From a virus, in IMG/VR virus record IMGVR_UViG_3300028666_000023, positions 121,104-185,103 of that record: a stretch of 64,000 bases of DNA, one strand, 5' to 3'. The notes under the pieces were generated by a model. It was not told the origin of the DNA. It did not search any database and saw nothing but the letters and a program-made list of their open reading frames with translations. Positions 1 through 9,420 of this stretch are shown here, piece after piece. The position numbers and the translations under genes were made by a program. The number at the start of each line of letters is the position of its first letter. The stretch's first letter is position 1.

Positions 1-899
1 AGGTTGTTGAGCACGACGCGCGTCTTGTTCGAGAAGCAGAGAAGCGCGAGGTCGTCGATCTTGAAGCCGGGCGTTTGGTAGAGCGACTGCAGCACCTCGA
101 AGAGCTGCTCCTTCGCGAGGAACTGCACCTCCGGCGTGTTCGCGTAGTTCGGAGGGAAGCGGCCGGTCGTGCGGACCTCCTCGGAGAGCGAGAGCACGGG
201 ACTGCCCTTCGCCTGACGGTGGATGTGCTCGAGGGTGAGGTCCGGCTTGAGCATCAGGTTGAACTGCCCCTCGACTGGCGGGAGTTGGCCGTGGTCGCCG
301 ACAGCGAGGATGGGAATCCTGTACTCCATGAAGTCGGACAAGATCTGCTCGCTGACCATCGAACCCTCATCGATGATGATGAGATCGAAGTGGAGCTCGT
401 ACTTCTTGTCCCATCGCAAGATCGTCCCGGTCTTCTTGTCCGTGACAGGCTCGTACATCAGCCGATGGATCGTGGAGATCTCGTGGCTGTCGAAGAGAAC
501 ATTCTGCTGCGCGAACTTCTGGCGGAGTACGCTGACCGCCTTACCCGTGAGCGAGCAGAAGGCGATGCGCTTGTTCTCGTAGTGCTCAGCGATGGCTCCG
601 AGCATCGTTGTCTTGCCGGTGCCGGCGTAGCCGCCGACGGTCAAGATCTCCGGCTCTTCAGGGTCCATCGAATCGAACCAGTCCACGATGCAACCGAAGA
701 CGTTGCGCTGCTCGTCGGACAAGCTGTTCTCGGTGAGCCGCCCACCCATCTGTTGTTCGACGGCGCGAAGTGCCTCCTCCTCGCTCAACATGTCGAACGT
801 CTCGTTCAACGAGATGGCAGAGACGCTGGCCTTGGGCTTCCCGTTCAGCGTTCCGTTCTTGATGTAGAAGTCTTGCTTGGTCCCCGCGTACTGTTCCAT
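1..899 (-). CDS. Dda/RecD-like SF1 helicase (partial, runs off left edge)
   Basis: Translated by hand from ATG 899: Walker A GGYAGTGKT (~610-635) and Walker B IIIDEGSMV (~355-385) are in frame. Confidence 0.85.
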   Translation of the reverse strand, partial: MEQYAGTKQDFYIKNGTLNGKPKASVSAISLNETFDMLSEEEALRAVEQQMGGRLTENSLSDEQRNVFGCIVDWFDSMDPEEPEILTVGGYAGTGKTTMLGAIAEHYENKRIAFCSLTGKAVSVLRQKFAQQNVLFDSHEISTIHRLMYEPVTDKKTGTILRWDKKYELHFDLIIIDEGSMVSEQILSDFMEYRIPILAVGDHGQLPPVEGQFNLMLKPDLTLEHIHRQAKGSPVLSLSEEVRTTGRFPPNYANTPEVQFLAKEQLFEVLQSLYQTPGFKIDDLALLCFSNKTRVVLNN

Positions 900-1555
900 G
901 GATTCTTTTCTCGTTTCCTACTTCGTACGATCCATCCGTAGCAACGTTTGCAGAACCCGCGCGCGAAGTGGGGTGCTTGAGACGTGCCGCACTCGTGACA
1001 GCAGACGGGCTTCTCGCCGATGCCCCATACACCGACGTCCGTCTTCTTACTGCTGCGTTTGTATATGCGCTTGTCTCTGGGGAGCTGCGCGAGGAACGCG
1101 AGGATAGTCGCTTGCTCCTCAGGTCGCACGATGAACTGGTTCGGGTGCTTACGCTGGCGCGGGTCGATGCGGACAGAGTGGCGGAGCTTGATCCCCAGAT
1201 GCTCGATGGCGTTCTCCACCATGGGACGCGATCGCTTGGTGAGAAGCACGAAGCGCGCGAGGCTCATGTAGTCCGGGAGCTTGAGCTTGCGCGCGCGTGC
1301 GTGCTCGCGCACCGACATCGGACTGCGATTGAGCTCGCGCGCGATGTCTTCTATGTCGATGACGGCCCAACTAGCCGCAAGGAAGCGTTCCTCCCGCTCC
1401 TCCCACGTGCGGTGTGGGCCCGCTTTGCGTGGGTGATCATCAGGTGCCGGACTGTCGATTCCGGGCGGAAGATCTTCTTGCCGATGTAGAAGACGTGGAA
1501 GCTCGAGTTGTACTCGACTCCCCACTCCATCAGCTGCTCTTTGCTTGGGTCGCAT
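845..1555 (-). CDS. HTH protein with C-terminal Zn ribbon (start uncertain)
   Basis: WEEREERFL...IEDIARELNRSPMSV HTH-like segment; CHEC...GFCKRCY. Confidence 0.5.
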   Translation of the reverse strand: MRPKQRAADGVGSRVQLELPRLLHRQEDLPPGIDSPAPDDHPRKAGPHRTWEEREERFLAASWAVIDIEDIARELNRSPMSVREHARARKLKLPDYMSLARFVLLTKRSRPMVENAIEHLGIKLRHSVRIDPRQRKHPNQFIVRPEEQATILAFLAQLPRDKRIYKRSSKKTDVGVWGIGEKPVCCHECGTSQAPHFARGFCKRCYGWIVRSRKREKNPWNSTRGPSKTSTSRTER

Positions 1556-1743
1556 GGGATCGAAAGGCTCATCGTGAGGATGTCTTCATCCGGGATGGAC
1601 CGGATGCGCTTCGCCTTGATGTCGTCGACCGCGAAGCCGTTGATGAAGGAGAAGAAGTCGCGCGCGTCATGCGGCGTCTCGGCAACCACCCAGAAGTCGG
1701 AGTCGCCGTTGTCGGTGGTGCACCAGTAGAGACCGAGGCTCAT
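1351..1743 (-). CDS. hypothetical protein
   Basis: ATGA overlap with upstream gene; globular composition. Confidence 0.6.
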   Translation of the reverse strand: MSLGLYWCTTDNGDSDFWVVAETPHDARDFFSFINGFAVDDIKAKRIRSIPDEDILTMSLSIPCDPSKEQLMEWGVEYNSSFHVFYIGKKIFRPESTVRHLMITHAKRAHTARGRSGRNASLRLVGPSST

Positions 1744-2141
1744 GCTTTCCTGCAGGACTGAATCATCTCGAAGAACCAGTCTAGGAAACCGGGCGGCAGG
1801 TTGTCACTCTGCTGCGCGACTTCGTCGTAGAGCTCCTCGAGGGCGTCGACCACGCGCGGCGGCAGGCGCGGGAAGTGCTCCGGTGCGTAGTCGTTGAGCG
1901 CGGTCACCAACCGAATGGCGCGCTCGTTGTAGACGCTGCGGTCGATGCCCGCGCCTTCAAGGACTTCGGGCACCGACTGCACGAGGAACCACGCCGCGTT
2001 GGCGACGTTGGCAGCGAGTCGGTAGCTACGAAGAAGGCGCTTCACCTGAGCGCCGGTGAGCGCGACCTCTTCATCAGACAGTTGCTCGAGGGCTCGAATC
2101 TCTGCCTCGGGCGTGAAGCTCGTTTGTGCTTTTCTAGCCAT
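1740..2141 (-). CDS. hypothetical protein
   Basis: GAGG RBS before ATG 2141; operon packing. Confidence 0.65.
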   Translation of the reverse strand: MARKAQTSFTPEAEIRALEQLSDEEVALTGAQVKRLLRSYRLAANVANAAWFLVQSVPEVLEGAGIDRSVYNERAIRLVTALNDYAPEHFPRLPPRVVDALEELYDEVAQQSDNLPPGFLDWFFEMIQSCRKA

Positions 2142-2631
2142 GCTTTCCTCTATCCCAACAGGGTCGATGCCAAGCAACCTCGCGGTGACTGTCGTTGAGG
2201 TCGATGACCACGAGCGAGTTCACTGGAAGAACGCGCCCGCATCCGCTGCAAGTTGCCGGCTCGTTGAGCACACGGTGCTGCGGGTAGTGTTGGTCTGAGG
2301 CGACCTCGTGCTCCGGAACCTGCACGCCGAACATGTCGTTGATGGCCTGCCGCATCTGGTCGGCCGATAGGCCCTCTCCCTCCATGTTCATCACCTGTAC
2401 GCGGATGTGCCGACGCGAGGACTTCGCCTCCTTCGTGCGCTTGAACGGTGCCTGCGGCGGCTTCGGTGGGGGAGGTGGTGGGGTAGGCGCTGAAGCTGGG
2501 GCGTCGAGGAGGTTGTGCTTGGCGATCAGCTTCACTGCTTCCATGGCCGCAGTCCTCGCCTCCTCCACCGATGCTCCGGAGGAGAGGGCGAGGGCCATCA
2601 GTCGCCGCGCACGCTCGTGCGGAGAGCTCAC
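2134..2631 (-). CDS. DUF2786-like protein
   Basis: N-terminal RRLMALALSSGASVEEARTAAMEAVKLIAKHNL pattern; C-terminal CxxC. Confidence 0.55.
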   Translation of the reverse strand: MSSPHERARRLMALALSSGASVEEARTAAMEAVKLIAKHNLLDAPASAPTPPPPPPKPPQAPFKRTKEAKSSRRHIRVQVMNMEGEGLSADQMRQAINDMFGVQVPEHEVASDQHYPQHRVLNEPATCSGCGRVLPVNSLVVIDLNDSHREVAWHRPCWDRGKHG

Positions 2632-3164
2632 TGCAGCTGCAGTGCGACGTACCGCTTGATCTGCTCGACGACTTCCGTGAGAAGACGCGGCGTGCCGCAG
2701 TTGGGTGCGTCGCAGCGCTCGGTGTGCGCTTTGAGCTCGGACTCGAGCTCGGGAACGATCTGGCGCAGTGCCTCGCTCTCGTACTCCTTGAAGACCGCGC
2801 CGGCCACCTTGGCGACCTGCTCCTTGTACGTGTCGACGTTCGAAGCGTCCGGCATGTGCCCGATGATCTTGCCGAGCAGCGCCTGCGTCTCGCGACTCAG
2901 GTGCGGGAACTCGGCCGGCGTGCGGCCCGCGAGCGCTTGCATGAGTCCCTGGATGGGATTGACGCGCTCTTCGGAGTGCTTCTGCGCCATGACCGCGATG
3001 CCCTGCTTGTGGAGATCGGTGCTCACGTTGTAGCCGGCCTCGAGCAGGTCGTTCATGTGCTTCTCGACCTCGAGACCGAACTTGCGGAAGTCCTTCTGGT
3101 ACGGCACCGCGATCACGCGGAACCGCTTCTCACTCTTTGCGCTCGTCTTCTTTGCCTTCGTCAT
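2628..3164 (-). CDS. hypothetical protein
   Basis: RBS and GTGA coupling to next gene. Confidence 0.65.
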   Translation of the reverse strand: MTKAKKTSAKSEKRFRVIAVPYQKDFRKFGLEVEKHMNDLLEAGYNVSTDLHKQGIAVMAQKHSEERVNPIQGLMQALAGRTPAEFPHLSRETQALLGKIIGHMPDASNVDTYKEQVAKVAGAVFKEYESEALRQIVPELESELKAHTERCDAPNCGTPRLLTEVVEQIKRYVALQLQ

Positions 3165-3339
3165 GATCTCTCTCCCTAGTACCAAACCACTCACGTACTG
3201 CCCACAAGGAACAGGACAGGGTGGGTAAGTGCGCCACCGGGATCAACCACCCCGACGGCTTCAACAACAAGAACATCAGCACGTCGATGGCCACCCCAAC
3301 GAGCAACCATTCGATCGCACTCTTTCGCTGTGCTGTCAC
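3130..3339 (-). CDS. small membrane protein
   Basis: GTGA coupling; hydrophobic stretch WLLVGVAIDVLMFLLL. Confidence 0.45.
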   Translation of the reverse strand: MTAQRKSAIEWLLVGVAIDVLMFLLLKPSGWLIPVAHLPTLSCSLWAVREWFGTRERDHDEGKEDERKE

Positions 3340-3680
3340 GACTTCTTCTCCGGAAACCCGAAGTAGAGCAGCGCGCCTTGAACCGTCATCGGCTTCTTCG
3401 CGCGCTGCCACACGCTCTTCAGCGGTGGGTACGCTTCTAGATCTTCTTCCCTGAAGTGGGCCGCTTCCCCACTAACACCGATGCTGTCACGGATGACGTT
3501 GTAGATGACGAGCAACCCATCCGTGCATGGGGCGATGAACGGAGCTGGGTTCGAGGTGAACGCAGCTAGCCGCTCTTTCGCGAGGTCGTCGAAGAACTTC
3601 CGGCCGATCTCCAATCGTTCCGGTTCCTCGGTGGTCCCGGTCCCCATGACGACGACCGACAGGGTCTTCTCCATGGTCAT
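3336..3680 (-). CDS. hypothetical protein
   Basis: GGAG RBS; operon packing. Confidence 0.65.
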   Translation of the reverse strand: MTMEKTLSVVVMGTGTTEEPERLEIGRKFFDDLAKERLAAFTSNPAPFIAPCTDGLLVIYNVIRDSIGVSGEAAHFREEDLEAYPPLKSVWQRAKKPMTVQGALLYFGFPEKKS

Positions 3681-3705
3681 GTTGTACTCCCAGGAGTCTT
3701 ATTGC

Positions 3706-4377
3706 CTAACGGCCAAAGTTGTTTCCCGGGGGTTCATCTTCGCTGACCTCTGCCTGTACCGCCTCGTAGTCGACGAGGTTCTCGGGCAGGGAGAAGACGT
3801 CCTCACTGCTCGACGAGGAGAAGACCTCACGGCGACGGTACTCGGCAGGGCGACCGACGGAGAGAACGTTCTTCGGCGTGAGCCGCTTGATGTGCGTGCG
3901 CACGAGCGCGACGTCGAGTCCGAGCGAATCGCAGATGCCCACGAAGCTCGTGACGTACTTCCCCTGCTGCTCCCGCTCCTTCCACTCCGGTGTGCCCGGC
4001 TCCTCGGTGAAGAGCCAGTGGAAGGCAGCCTCCGCCATGGTCTTGTGGAGAAGGCGCGCGCTGCTTCGGTAGAGGACCCAGTCGTAGGCTGCACGACGCA
4101 CGATCTCGAGCAGCAACGCCTTGCAGCCGTTGATCTCCTGGAGCAAGAGCTCCTCTTCGTCTTGCGTGCGGCGCTTCGGACGTACGAGGACCGGCTCGCC
4201 GAGTAGCTTCTTCGGAGGCGCGGGGAAGCGAAGAACAATACCCGTGCGCGTCTTCCGCTTGGTCTCGGTGACCTCTTCAGCGCGCGCGAAGGCCGAGCGA
4301 AGGTCTTCGATGGAGGGCCGCTGCGTCCGCTTTGCTGCGCGCCGCAAAGCCAGATGAAGTACAGCGGCGAGGGGCAT
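3706..4377 (-). CDS. conserved-looking phage hypothetical protein
   Basis: ALLLEIVRRAAYDW...SFVGICDSLGLD pattern; packing. Confidence 0.6.
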   Translation of the reverse strand: MPLAAVLHLALRRAAKRTQRPSIEDLRSAFARAEEVTETKRKTRTGIVLRFPAPPKKLLGEPVLVRPKRRTQDEEELLLQEINGCKALLLEIVRRAAYDWVLYRSSARLLHKTMAEAAFHWLFTEEPGTPEWKEREQQGKYVTSFVGICDSLGLDVALVRTHIKRLTPKNVLSVGRPAEYRRREVFSSSSSEDVFSLPENLVDYEAVQAEVSEDEPPGNNFGR

Positions 4378-4378
4378 G

Positions 4379-5275
4379 TCAGGTGATGACGGTGACGAGC
4401 TGCGGAGAGCCCGCCAGCCCAGGGTCGGGGATGTGGACGATCGAGTTGTCCATGCGCTTCACCAGGATGTTCGCGGTCCCAGGTGTGAGTCCCAAGATCG
4501 TGACATTCAACGACGAGGGCTGCACGCCCAAGACGGTCGTATCGTCACTTGTATACTGAACGTCCTCGATGTCAACGCCGAGGTTCTCCCCATCGCTCGC
4601 TGTCACCGTGGGAACCAGGGTGAGCGACTCGCCGACGTGGAGCGTATACGGGCCCGGCGGGTCGTAGACGACGCTCGCGGGGATGGGGAAGATCAAGTCG
4701 ACGATGTTGCAGTTCGGCAGGTCCGGCACATCGATGTGCCGAGTGATCTCCTCTTCGCCCTCCACCGTGCAGTCGTACTGCGCGTTGCGGAACAGGTTCA
4801 CCCGCACGTAGCCGTTCTTGTCGGTGCGCACGATGACGCGCTCTTTCAGAACAGCAGCGCCCTCCACCCACACCGGGTTGAACTTCGGCATGAAGTGGAT
4901 CTCCGTGCCTGGGGCAGGAGAACCATCACCGCTGCGGAAGAAGCCGAACGCGGTGCAGAGGCGTGAGTCGATGGGCACCGGCGGCGTCACCAGCGTGCCA
5001 GGCACATCGAACGTGTTCGAGGCCGGTGGAACGGGAGCCGAGAGCACGGTGAAGGTCAGCGGGTTCGGGAACGTGACCGAGAACTTGAAGAAGCGCGCCT
5101 GGTAGGGCGACGCTGCGGAGTCGAGCAAGAAGCCGACATGCCCGTTCGTGTCGGTCGTCGCGAGGCCGTAGGTGGTGAGGCCATCAGCCGACAAGATCTT
5201 CACCGTCACGCCGGAGATGGGGTTCTTCTGCGGGGTTGTGTCCTCGACGTAGAAGTCGACCGCTTCGCTGGACAT
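4379..5275 (-). CDS. virion protein with beta-sandwich and Ig-like (Big_2-like) domains
   Basis: TDxNG motifs; TLHVGESLTLVPT...YTSDDTTV Ig-like C-terminus. Confidence 0.65.
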   Translation of the reverse strand: MSSEAVDFYVEDTTPQKNPISGVTVKILSADGLTTYGLATTDTNGHVGFLLDSAASPYQARFFKFSVTFPNPLTFTVLSAPVPPASNTFDVPGTLVTPPVPIDSRLCTAFGFFRSGDGSPAPGTEIHFMPKFNPVWVEGAAVLKERVIVRTDKNGYVRVNLFRNAQYDCTVEGEEEITRHIDVPDLPNCNIVDLIFPIPASVVYDPPGPYTLHVGESLTLVPTVTASDGENLGVDIEDVQYTSDDTTVLGVQPSSLNVTILGLTPGTANILVKRMDNSIVHIPDPGLAGSPQLVTVIT

Positions 5276-5859
5276 CAGGCCACTTCCTTTCCAGAACTGA
5301 AGGCATTGGTGTGGAGATCCAAGTAGTCCGCCATCGCGCGCAAGAGAGCGGAGGACTCCCTCATCAAACCCAGTGCCGTGTTGCACTTTCGGCAGAGCAG
5401 CGCGCGCAGGTAATTAGTCCCCGGTAGATGGTCGACGGCTAAGAGGGGGATCTTGCCATTTCGCAGGTCTGTCTCGGGATTCTTGCAGATCGCACAGACG
5501 CCATCCTGTGCTTCGAACTGCGCAACGTAGTCCCTCAAGGAAATACCGAATGTCTTTCGAAGGTAGAGGTCTTTCAGATGACCCGCATGCGCTTCCGTGT
5601 AGTGCTTGGCACAAAAGCCTTTCGCAGCGTGCTTGCGCGTACAACCAGGTGTCTCGCAGAAACGATCCTTGGTGGGATTCTGAGCGCACCCACAAGACTT
5701 TGTAAGGCCGCGCTTCAGACTCGTGCTTCGCACTTCTGTGCGCTTCCCGCACGTGCAGAGACACTGCCAAACACTCTTCCCAGCAGCGTCGCTGCCCGTG
5801 AGTCGTTCTACGCGCAGATGACCGAAGGTTTGACCGGTAAGTTCTAGACGCCTGGTCAT
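5275..5859 (-). CDS. endonuclease VII-family nuclease (free-standing, homing-type)
   Basis: QDGVCAIC...LAVDH...RALLCRKCNTALG; N-terminal LTGQTFGHL..WQCLCTCG; visibly more AT-rich codons. Confidence 0.85.
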   Translation of the reverse strand: MTRRLELTGQTFGHLRVERLTGSDAAGKSVWQCLCTCGKRTEVRSTSLKRGLTKSCGCAQNPTKDRFCETPGCTRKHAAKGFCAKHYTEAHAGHLKDLYLRKTFGISLRDYVAQFEAQDGVCAICKNPETDLRNGKIPLLAVDHLPGTNYLRALLCRKCNTALGLMRESSALLRAMADYLDLHTNAFSSGKEVA

Positions 5860-6869
5860 TAGATGGACCTTCGAACCGCGAAGTCTATGTTCTGCTCTTG
5901 AACGCGGAACACGTCGTTCGTCCCGACAGAGGGGTCGAGGAGGTTGATCGACGTGATGCTCGTGTCGGTGGGGACGACGACGTCGCGCACGAGGTCGGTG
6001 CCGCCAACGGCGACGGTGATCTCCTGTCCGCGCGGCAGAAGAATCTCCGCGTGTCCATTCACATCGGTGAGGAGCAGCGTGTTCCCGCCGGCGACAGTCC
6101 GCCCTTCGACGAGAGCGCCGCTGAACTTCATGCCGATCAAGATCTCCTGCCCGTTGAGTGCCGCGCCCGATGCCCCAACGAGGTCGACGTAGCAGCGCAC
6201 GAGATTGGCCGAGGAGATACCGACGATGGAGATCGCCTGCGACGGAAGGGAGAAGTCGCTGACGAGACGCGAGGCGGAGTTGAAGAAGCGCGTCTTGTAG
6301 TAGAATTGGGGCGAGCCGTTCGGATCGATGACGCTGTAGAGCTCCTTGCCGGAGACCAGCAGCACGCGCGCATCAACACCGAAGGCGATGGAGCCAGGCT
6401 CGGTGGTGGCAAAGCCGAGGATAGGAGCAGCCTCCCCGCCGACGCAGCGAAGCATCGCGATCTCCCCGACCTGCGCGGTCTGCACGACAACCTGCCCGCT
6501 CGCTACGTAGCTAGAAAGAAGCTGGTTCGATTGCGCGGCAATCTGCGTGGCGACCTGCGCGAGGGTCAGCGGGTCAGCCCCGGTGAACGTGATGTCCACC
6601 GGGTACTTCTCGTCGATGAGGAAGTGCAGGTCCGTCCCGACGATCGTGACGAACGCGCCGGTCTGAGGTGGGGACGGTGCGGTGGTGGGTGCTCCGACAG
6701 GCAGCGTCGCCGGAGCCCACGCGTCTCCATTGAGGGACGTGTAGGGCCCGTCGGCGGTCGTCTGCGATCGCCACACCTCGAGACGATCGAACATCCCCTG
6801 CCAGGCAGTGAGGGGAATGAAGAAGTCGAGCTTGATGCTCTGCCTCGTAACAAGCGTCGACTGCGTCAT
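5859..6869 (-). CDS. virion structural protein, partly paralogous to 4379-5275
   Basis: Shared C-terminal domain (KF...VEG...TDxNG...L.R); beta-rich. Confidence 0.65.
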   Translation of the reverse strand: MTQSTLVTRQSIKLDFFIPLTAWQGMFDRLEVWRSQTTADGPYTSLNGDAWAPATLPVGAPTTAPSPPQTGAFVTIVGTDLHFLIDEKYPVDITFTGADPLTLAQVATQIAAQSNQLLSSYVASGQVVVQTAQVGEIAMLRCVGGEAAPILGFATTEPGSIAFGVDARVLLVSGKELYSVIDPNGSPQFYYKTRFFNSASRLVSDFSLPSQAISIVGISSANLVRCYVDLVGASGAALNGQEILIGMKFSGALVEGRTVAGGNTLLLTDVNGHAEILLPRGQEITVAVGGTDLVRDVVVPTDTSITSINLLDPSVGTNDVFRVQEQNIDFAVRRSI

Positions 6870-6872
6870 GAG

Positions 6873-7202
6873 TCAGTTCTCGCTGGGGATGGGGGGAGGA
6901 ATCGGGAGAGCTGTCGTTGCGTCGGCGGCCTTGCGAAGCAAGCGGCCGGTCTTGTCGATGGCAGCCGGGGTGATCGGAAAGCCGTACTTCTTGTCGAGCG
7001 ACTTGCGGAACTCGATCGCGGCGAACGTCGCTTCCTGCGTGGCATTTGCGAGCTCTTGGACCTGCTGCTGCGCGAGCTGCTGTTGCAGACGGAGGTTCTG
7101 CAACCGCATGTGGTGGTTCTCCATCTGGAGGCGATCGACCTCCTCGATGAACTCCGCTTTCGTGAAGTCCTGCTCGCCGTTGGTTGTGGTTTCTTCAGCC
7201 AT
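6873..7202 (-). CDS. coiled-coil hypothetical protein
   Basis: GGAG RBS; Q-rich heptads. Confidence 0.6.
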   Translation of the reverse strand: MAEETTTNGEQDFTKAEFIEEVDRLQMENHHMRLQNLRLQQQLAQQQVQELANATQEATFAAIEFRKSLDKKYGFPITPAAIDKTGRLLRKAADATTALPIPPPIPSEN

Positions 7203-7216
7203 TGTCTTCTCCTGGT

Positions 7217-7438
7217 TCAACTTCCGGTGAGGAAGTCGTTGATTGAAGCTACTACCAGATCGGAGGAGGCATCGACAGTTGCTTGCGCGAGCCTCTCCGA
7301 CCCAGTCCTACCCTTCAGGATGGCCTTCGCCGACGAGACTCGGTTGTTGAGCTCGTCGGTCCGCGACTTCCCCCAGTCCTGCGCCGCCTGCGACAGCTTG
7401 TCGAGACGTGCGTCGCGGTCTGCTTGGGAAGTCGCCAT
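7217..7438 (-). CDS. hypothetical protein
   Basis: TACACT 7 nt before ATG; packing. Confidence 0.6.
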   Translation of the reverse strand: MATSQADRDARLDKLSQAAQDWGKSRTDELNNRVSSAKAILKGRTGSERLAQATVDASSDLVVASINDFLTGS

Positions 7439-7463
7439 GGCCACCAGTGTAGCGCCTTCTGGG

Positions 7464-8630
7464 CTACGCCTTCAACGCGTTAGAGAGCAGGTCTCCGGCC
7501 GCGCGCTGAAGCTCCGCTTTCCGGTCGCTGTCGTCCGTTTCGGTGGCCAGAAGCGCCACCACCGAGCTCGCCCAGTACGCGGAGGGCTGCGGGGTATTGT
7601 CCTTGTCGAAGGTGATGGGCGGCAGGTCGATGATGCCCGTCTTCGATGTGGTCATGATGGACTCCATCCACTCGAGCTCCACCTTCGAAAGGAGCCTGCC
7701 GAGGTTCGTCTTGAGGCGCGGCCAAGGGATCTGCTCTTCGTGGGCGAGCTGCATCGCCTTCACCAATCGTTCGACGGTCTTCGCGGAGAAGCCGGCGGTC
7801 ACGGCGTCTGCGATCGCCGACTGCTGCGCGGTGACTTCCTTGCGTGCGGTGTCATCGGAGATCTCGAGGTCGCTGTCCTGAATGATGGAGCCGAGGTGCA
7901 CGCGGTTGACCGACTCGTCGAGCACCGAGCTCGAGCCGGACGCGACACGCCACACGGTCTGGCAAACGGTGAGGCGGCCCTTGCCGAAATCGCTGTTTGA
8001 CCACTCGGTGCCGATGCAGATGAACTCCCCGGGGAAGGGCTCGTGCACCTGCGGCATGATGCACTTCAAGTACGAGCGGACCGCCGTGTTACCGGCCTCG
8101 ACGGGTTGTGCCCCCTGCGCACGGCACACCTCGACGAACGCGTTGAGCAACGGCGCGCTTGCCAAGAAGCGATTGAAGCGGCGCGAGAGGAACCCTCGGA
8201 GCTCGTTGTCGACGATGCGATGGAGAAAGCGCGGTGCCTCGCCACCCGTCGACTTGAACGGCGTGTTGTAGAAGAGACGATTGAGGCTGTCGCCCAGCAG
8301 CCCAAGGCGCCACGGTTCGGGAACGTTGAGCATGTTCGCGTACGTCATCGGCAGCTTCACCTTCTCGCAGAGCTGACCGAAGGCGTGCGGGTGAAGCTTG
8401 ACGAAGCTGAAGCTGCCGTCCGAGTTCTTGTACTGGAGGAGCAGCTCGTTGTTCCTGAAGATCGGATCGAGGGAAAACTCCATTGCCTCTTTGGTCGGGG
8501 GGACGAGCCTGTCCTGGATGACGGTCTTCTTCACCGCCTCGAGGAGGTCCTTCTCTTCTTTGCGGCCCACTTCAATGCGCGCAGCGACCTTGCGTTCGGC
8601 CGCGGTCTTCTTCTCGTGCAGTTCGTACAT
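7464..8630 (-). CDS. DUF932-like phage protein
   Basis: AFGQLC...LRGFLSRRF...SNSDFGKGRL...RVHLG pattern. Confidence 0.6.
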   Translation of the reverse strand: MYELHEKKTAAERKVAARIEVGRKEEKDLLEAVKKTVIQDRLVPPTKEAMEFSLDPIFRNNELLLQYKNSDGSFSFVKLHPHAFGQLCEKVKLPMTYANMLNVPEPWRLGLLGDSLNRLFYNTPFKSTGGEAPRFLHRIVDNELRGFLSRRFNRFLASAPLLNAFVEVCRAQGAQPVEAGNTAVRSYLKCIMPQVHEPFPGEFICIGTEWSNSDFGKGRLTVCQTVWRVASGSSSVLDESVNRVHLGSIIQDSDLEISDDTARKEVTAQQSAIADAVTAGFSAKTVERLVKAMQLAHEEQIPWPRLKTNLGRLLSKVELEWMESIMTTSKTGIIDLPPITFDKDNTPQPSAYWASSVVALLATETDDSDRKAELQRAAGDLLSNALKA

Positions 8631-8896
8631 CAGGCCTTGCTCCGATCTTCTCCGTCGATGGCTTCCATCTCGGCCTCGATCGCCGACCGCGCGATGCGGA
8701 TAGCCTGCTCGAGGTCCTTCAGCTCGCGCAGAATCCAGTCACCGTTCATCTCGCTGCCCGGCGGAAGGGTTGGATTCCTAGAAGCGAGTCCCCAACGCTG
8801 CGTCTTGCCGACAGCAGCCATGACCTCACCGCACTCCTCGACGAGGTAGCCGAGCTTCGTTGCTGTCGTATGCGGGTAGTACTTTGTTATGTCCAT
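8630..8896 (-). CDS. MazG-like NTP pyrophosphohydrolase
   Basis: LVEECGEV...K..RWG...ELKDL acidic motif. Confidence 0.7.
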   Translation of the reverse strand: MDITKYYPHTTATKLGYLVEECGEVMAAVGKTQRWGLASRNPTLPPGSEMNGDWILRELKDLEQAIRIARSAIEAEMEAIDGEDRSKA

Positions 8897-8913
8897 GCCA
8901 TCTCCTCAGATGC

Positions 8914-8949
8914 AAAAAAGAAGGCGCGCCGATCGCTCGACGCGCCTTC
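8914..8949 (-). terminator. intrinsic terminator
   Basis: GAAGGCGCG...CGCGCCTTC stem followed by T6 on minus strand. Confidence 0.75.
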
Positions 8950-8960
8950 ATGAAAGATCC

Positions 8961-9058
8961 GCACCGCCGCCCGGCTTCATCGGATGGGTCCCAAGTCACC
9001 CTGTCCTCTGCCGAGCAGCGGCACTTCCCGTTCGTCGGAGGCGCACCTCCTTCACGGG
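8961..9058 (-). ncRNA. putative structured RNA (two hairpins)
   Basis: 15-bp stem with G-U pairs (8961-8975/9010-9024) plus a second hairpin at 9027-9058. Confidence 0.35.
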
Positions 9059-9060
9059 CT

Positions 9061-9420
9061 TCATCTGTACAGCGCGTTCACCTCTCGGTGCGCCTTGCGG
9101 CACGCATCACAACGGCACTTCCAACGCGGGCTGGTGTACCGTGTGTTGACGCCATGAGGAGGCGCTGCTTCCTGACTCGTCTTCTCCTGATGGCAGTCGT
9201 GGCAAAGAATTTGGCACTTGGCCAGTTCCTTTGCTCTGCGTTTCGGAGACCACGACCACACCTTATGATCAATCTTCGTTGCGCGATTGACGTGGTCGAC
9301 CTCGAGACGATCAGAGGAACCACACTGCTTGCAGACCTTGCCTCGTAAGAAGTCGGCTCGGTTCTTCGCAACCCACTCGCGCTGATACGTCCGCTGTCTT
9401 TCTGGATCTTTGTATCCCAT
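9061..9420 (-). CDS. HNH endonuclease
   Basis: CKQCG...LEVDH...KCQILCHDCH; ATG at 9420. Confidence 0.85.
   Translation of the reverse strand: MGYKDPERQRTYQREWVAKNRADFLRGKVCKQCGSSDRLEVDHVNRATKIDHKVWSWSPKRRAKELAKCQILCHDCHQEKTSQEAAPPHGVNTRYTSPRWKCRCDACRKAHREVNALYR

Noticed and set aside
9061-9420. HNH as part of a group I intron in the tmRNA
   Set aside because: The tmRNA is complete through CCA before the HNH begins; no intron core was recognised.
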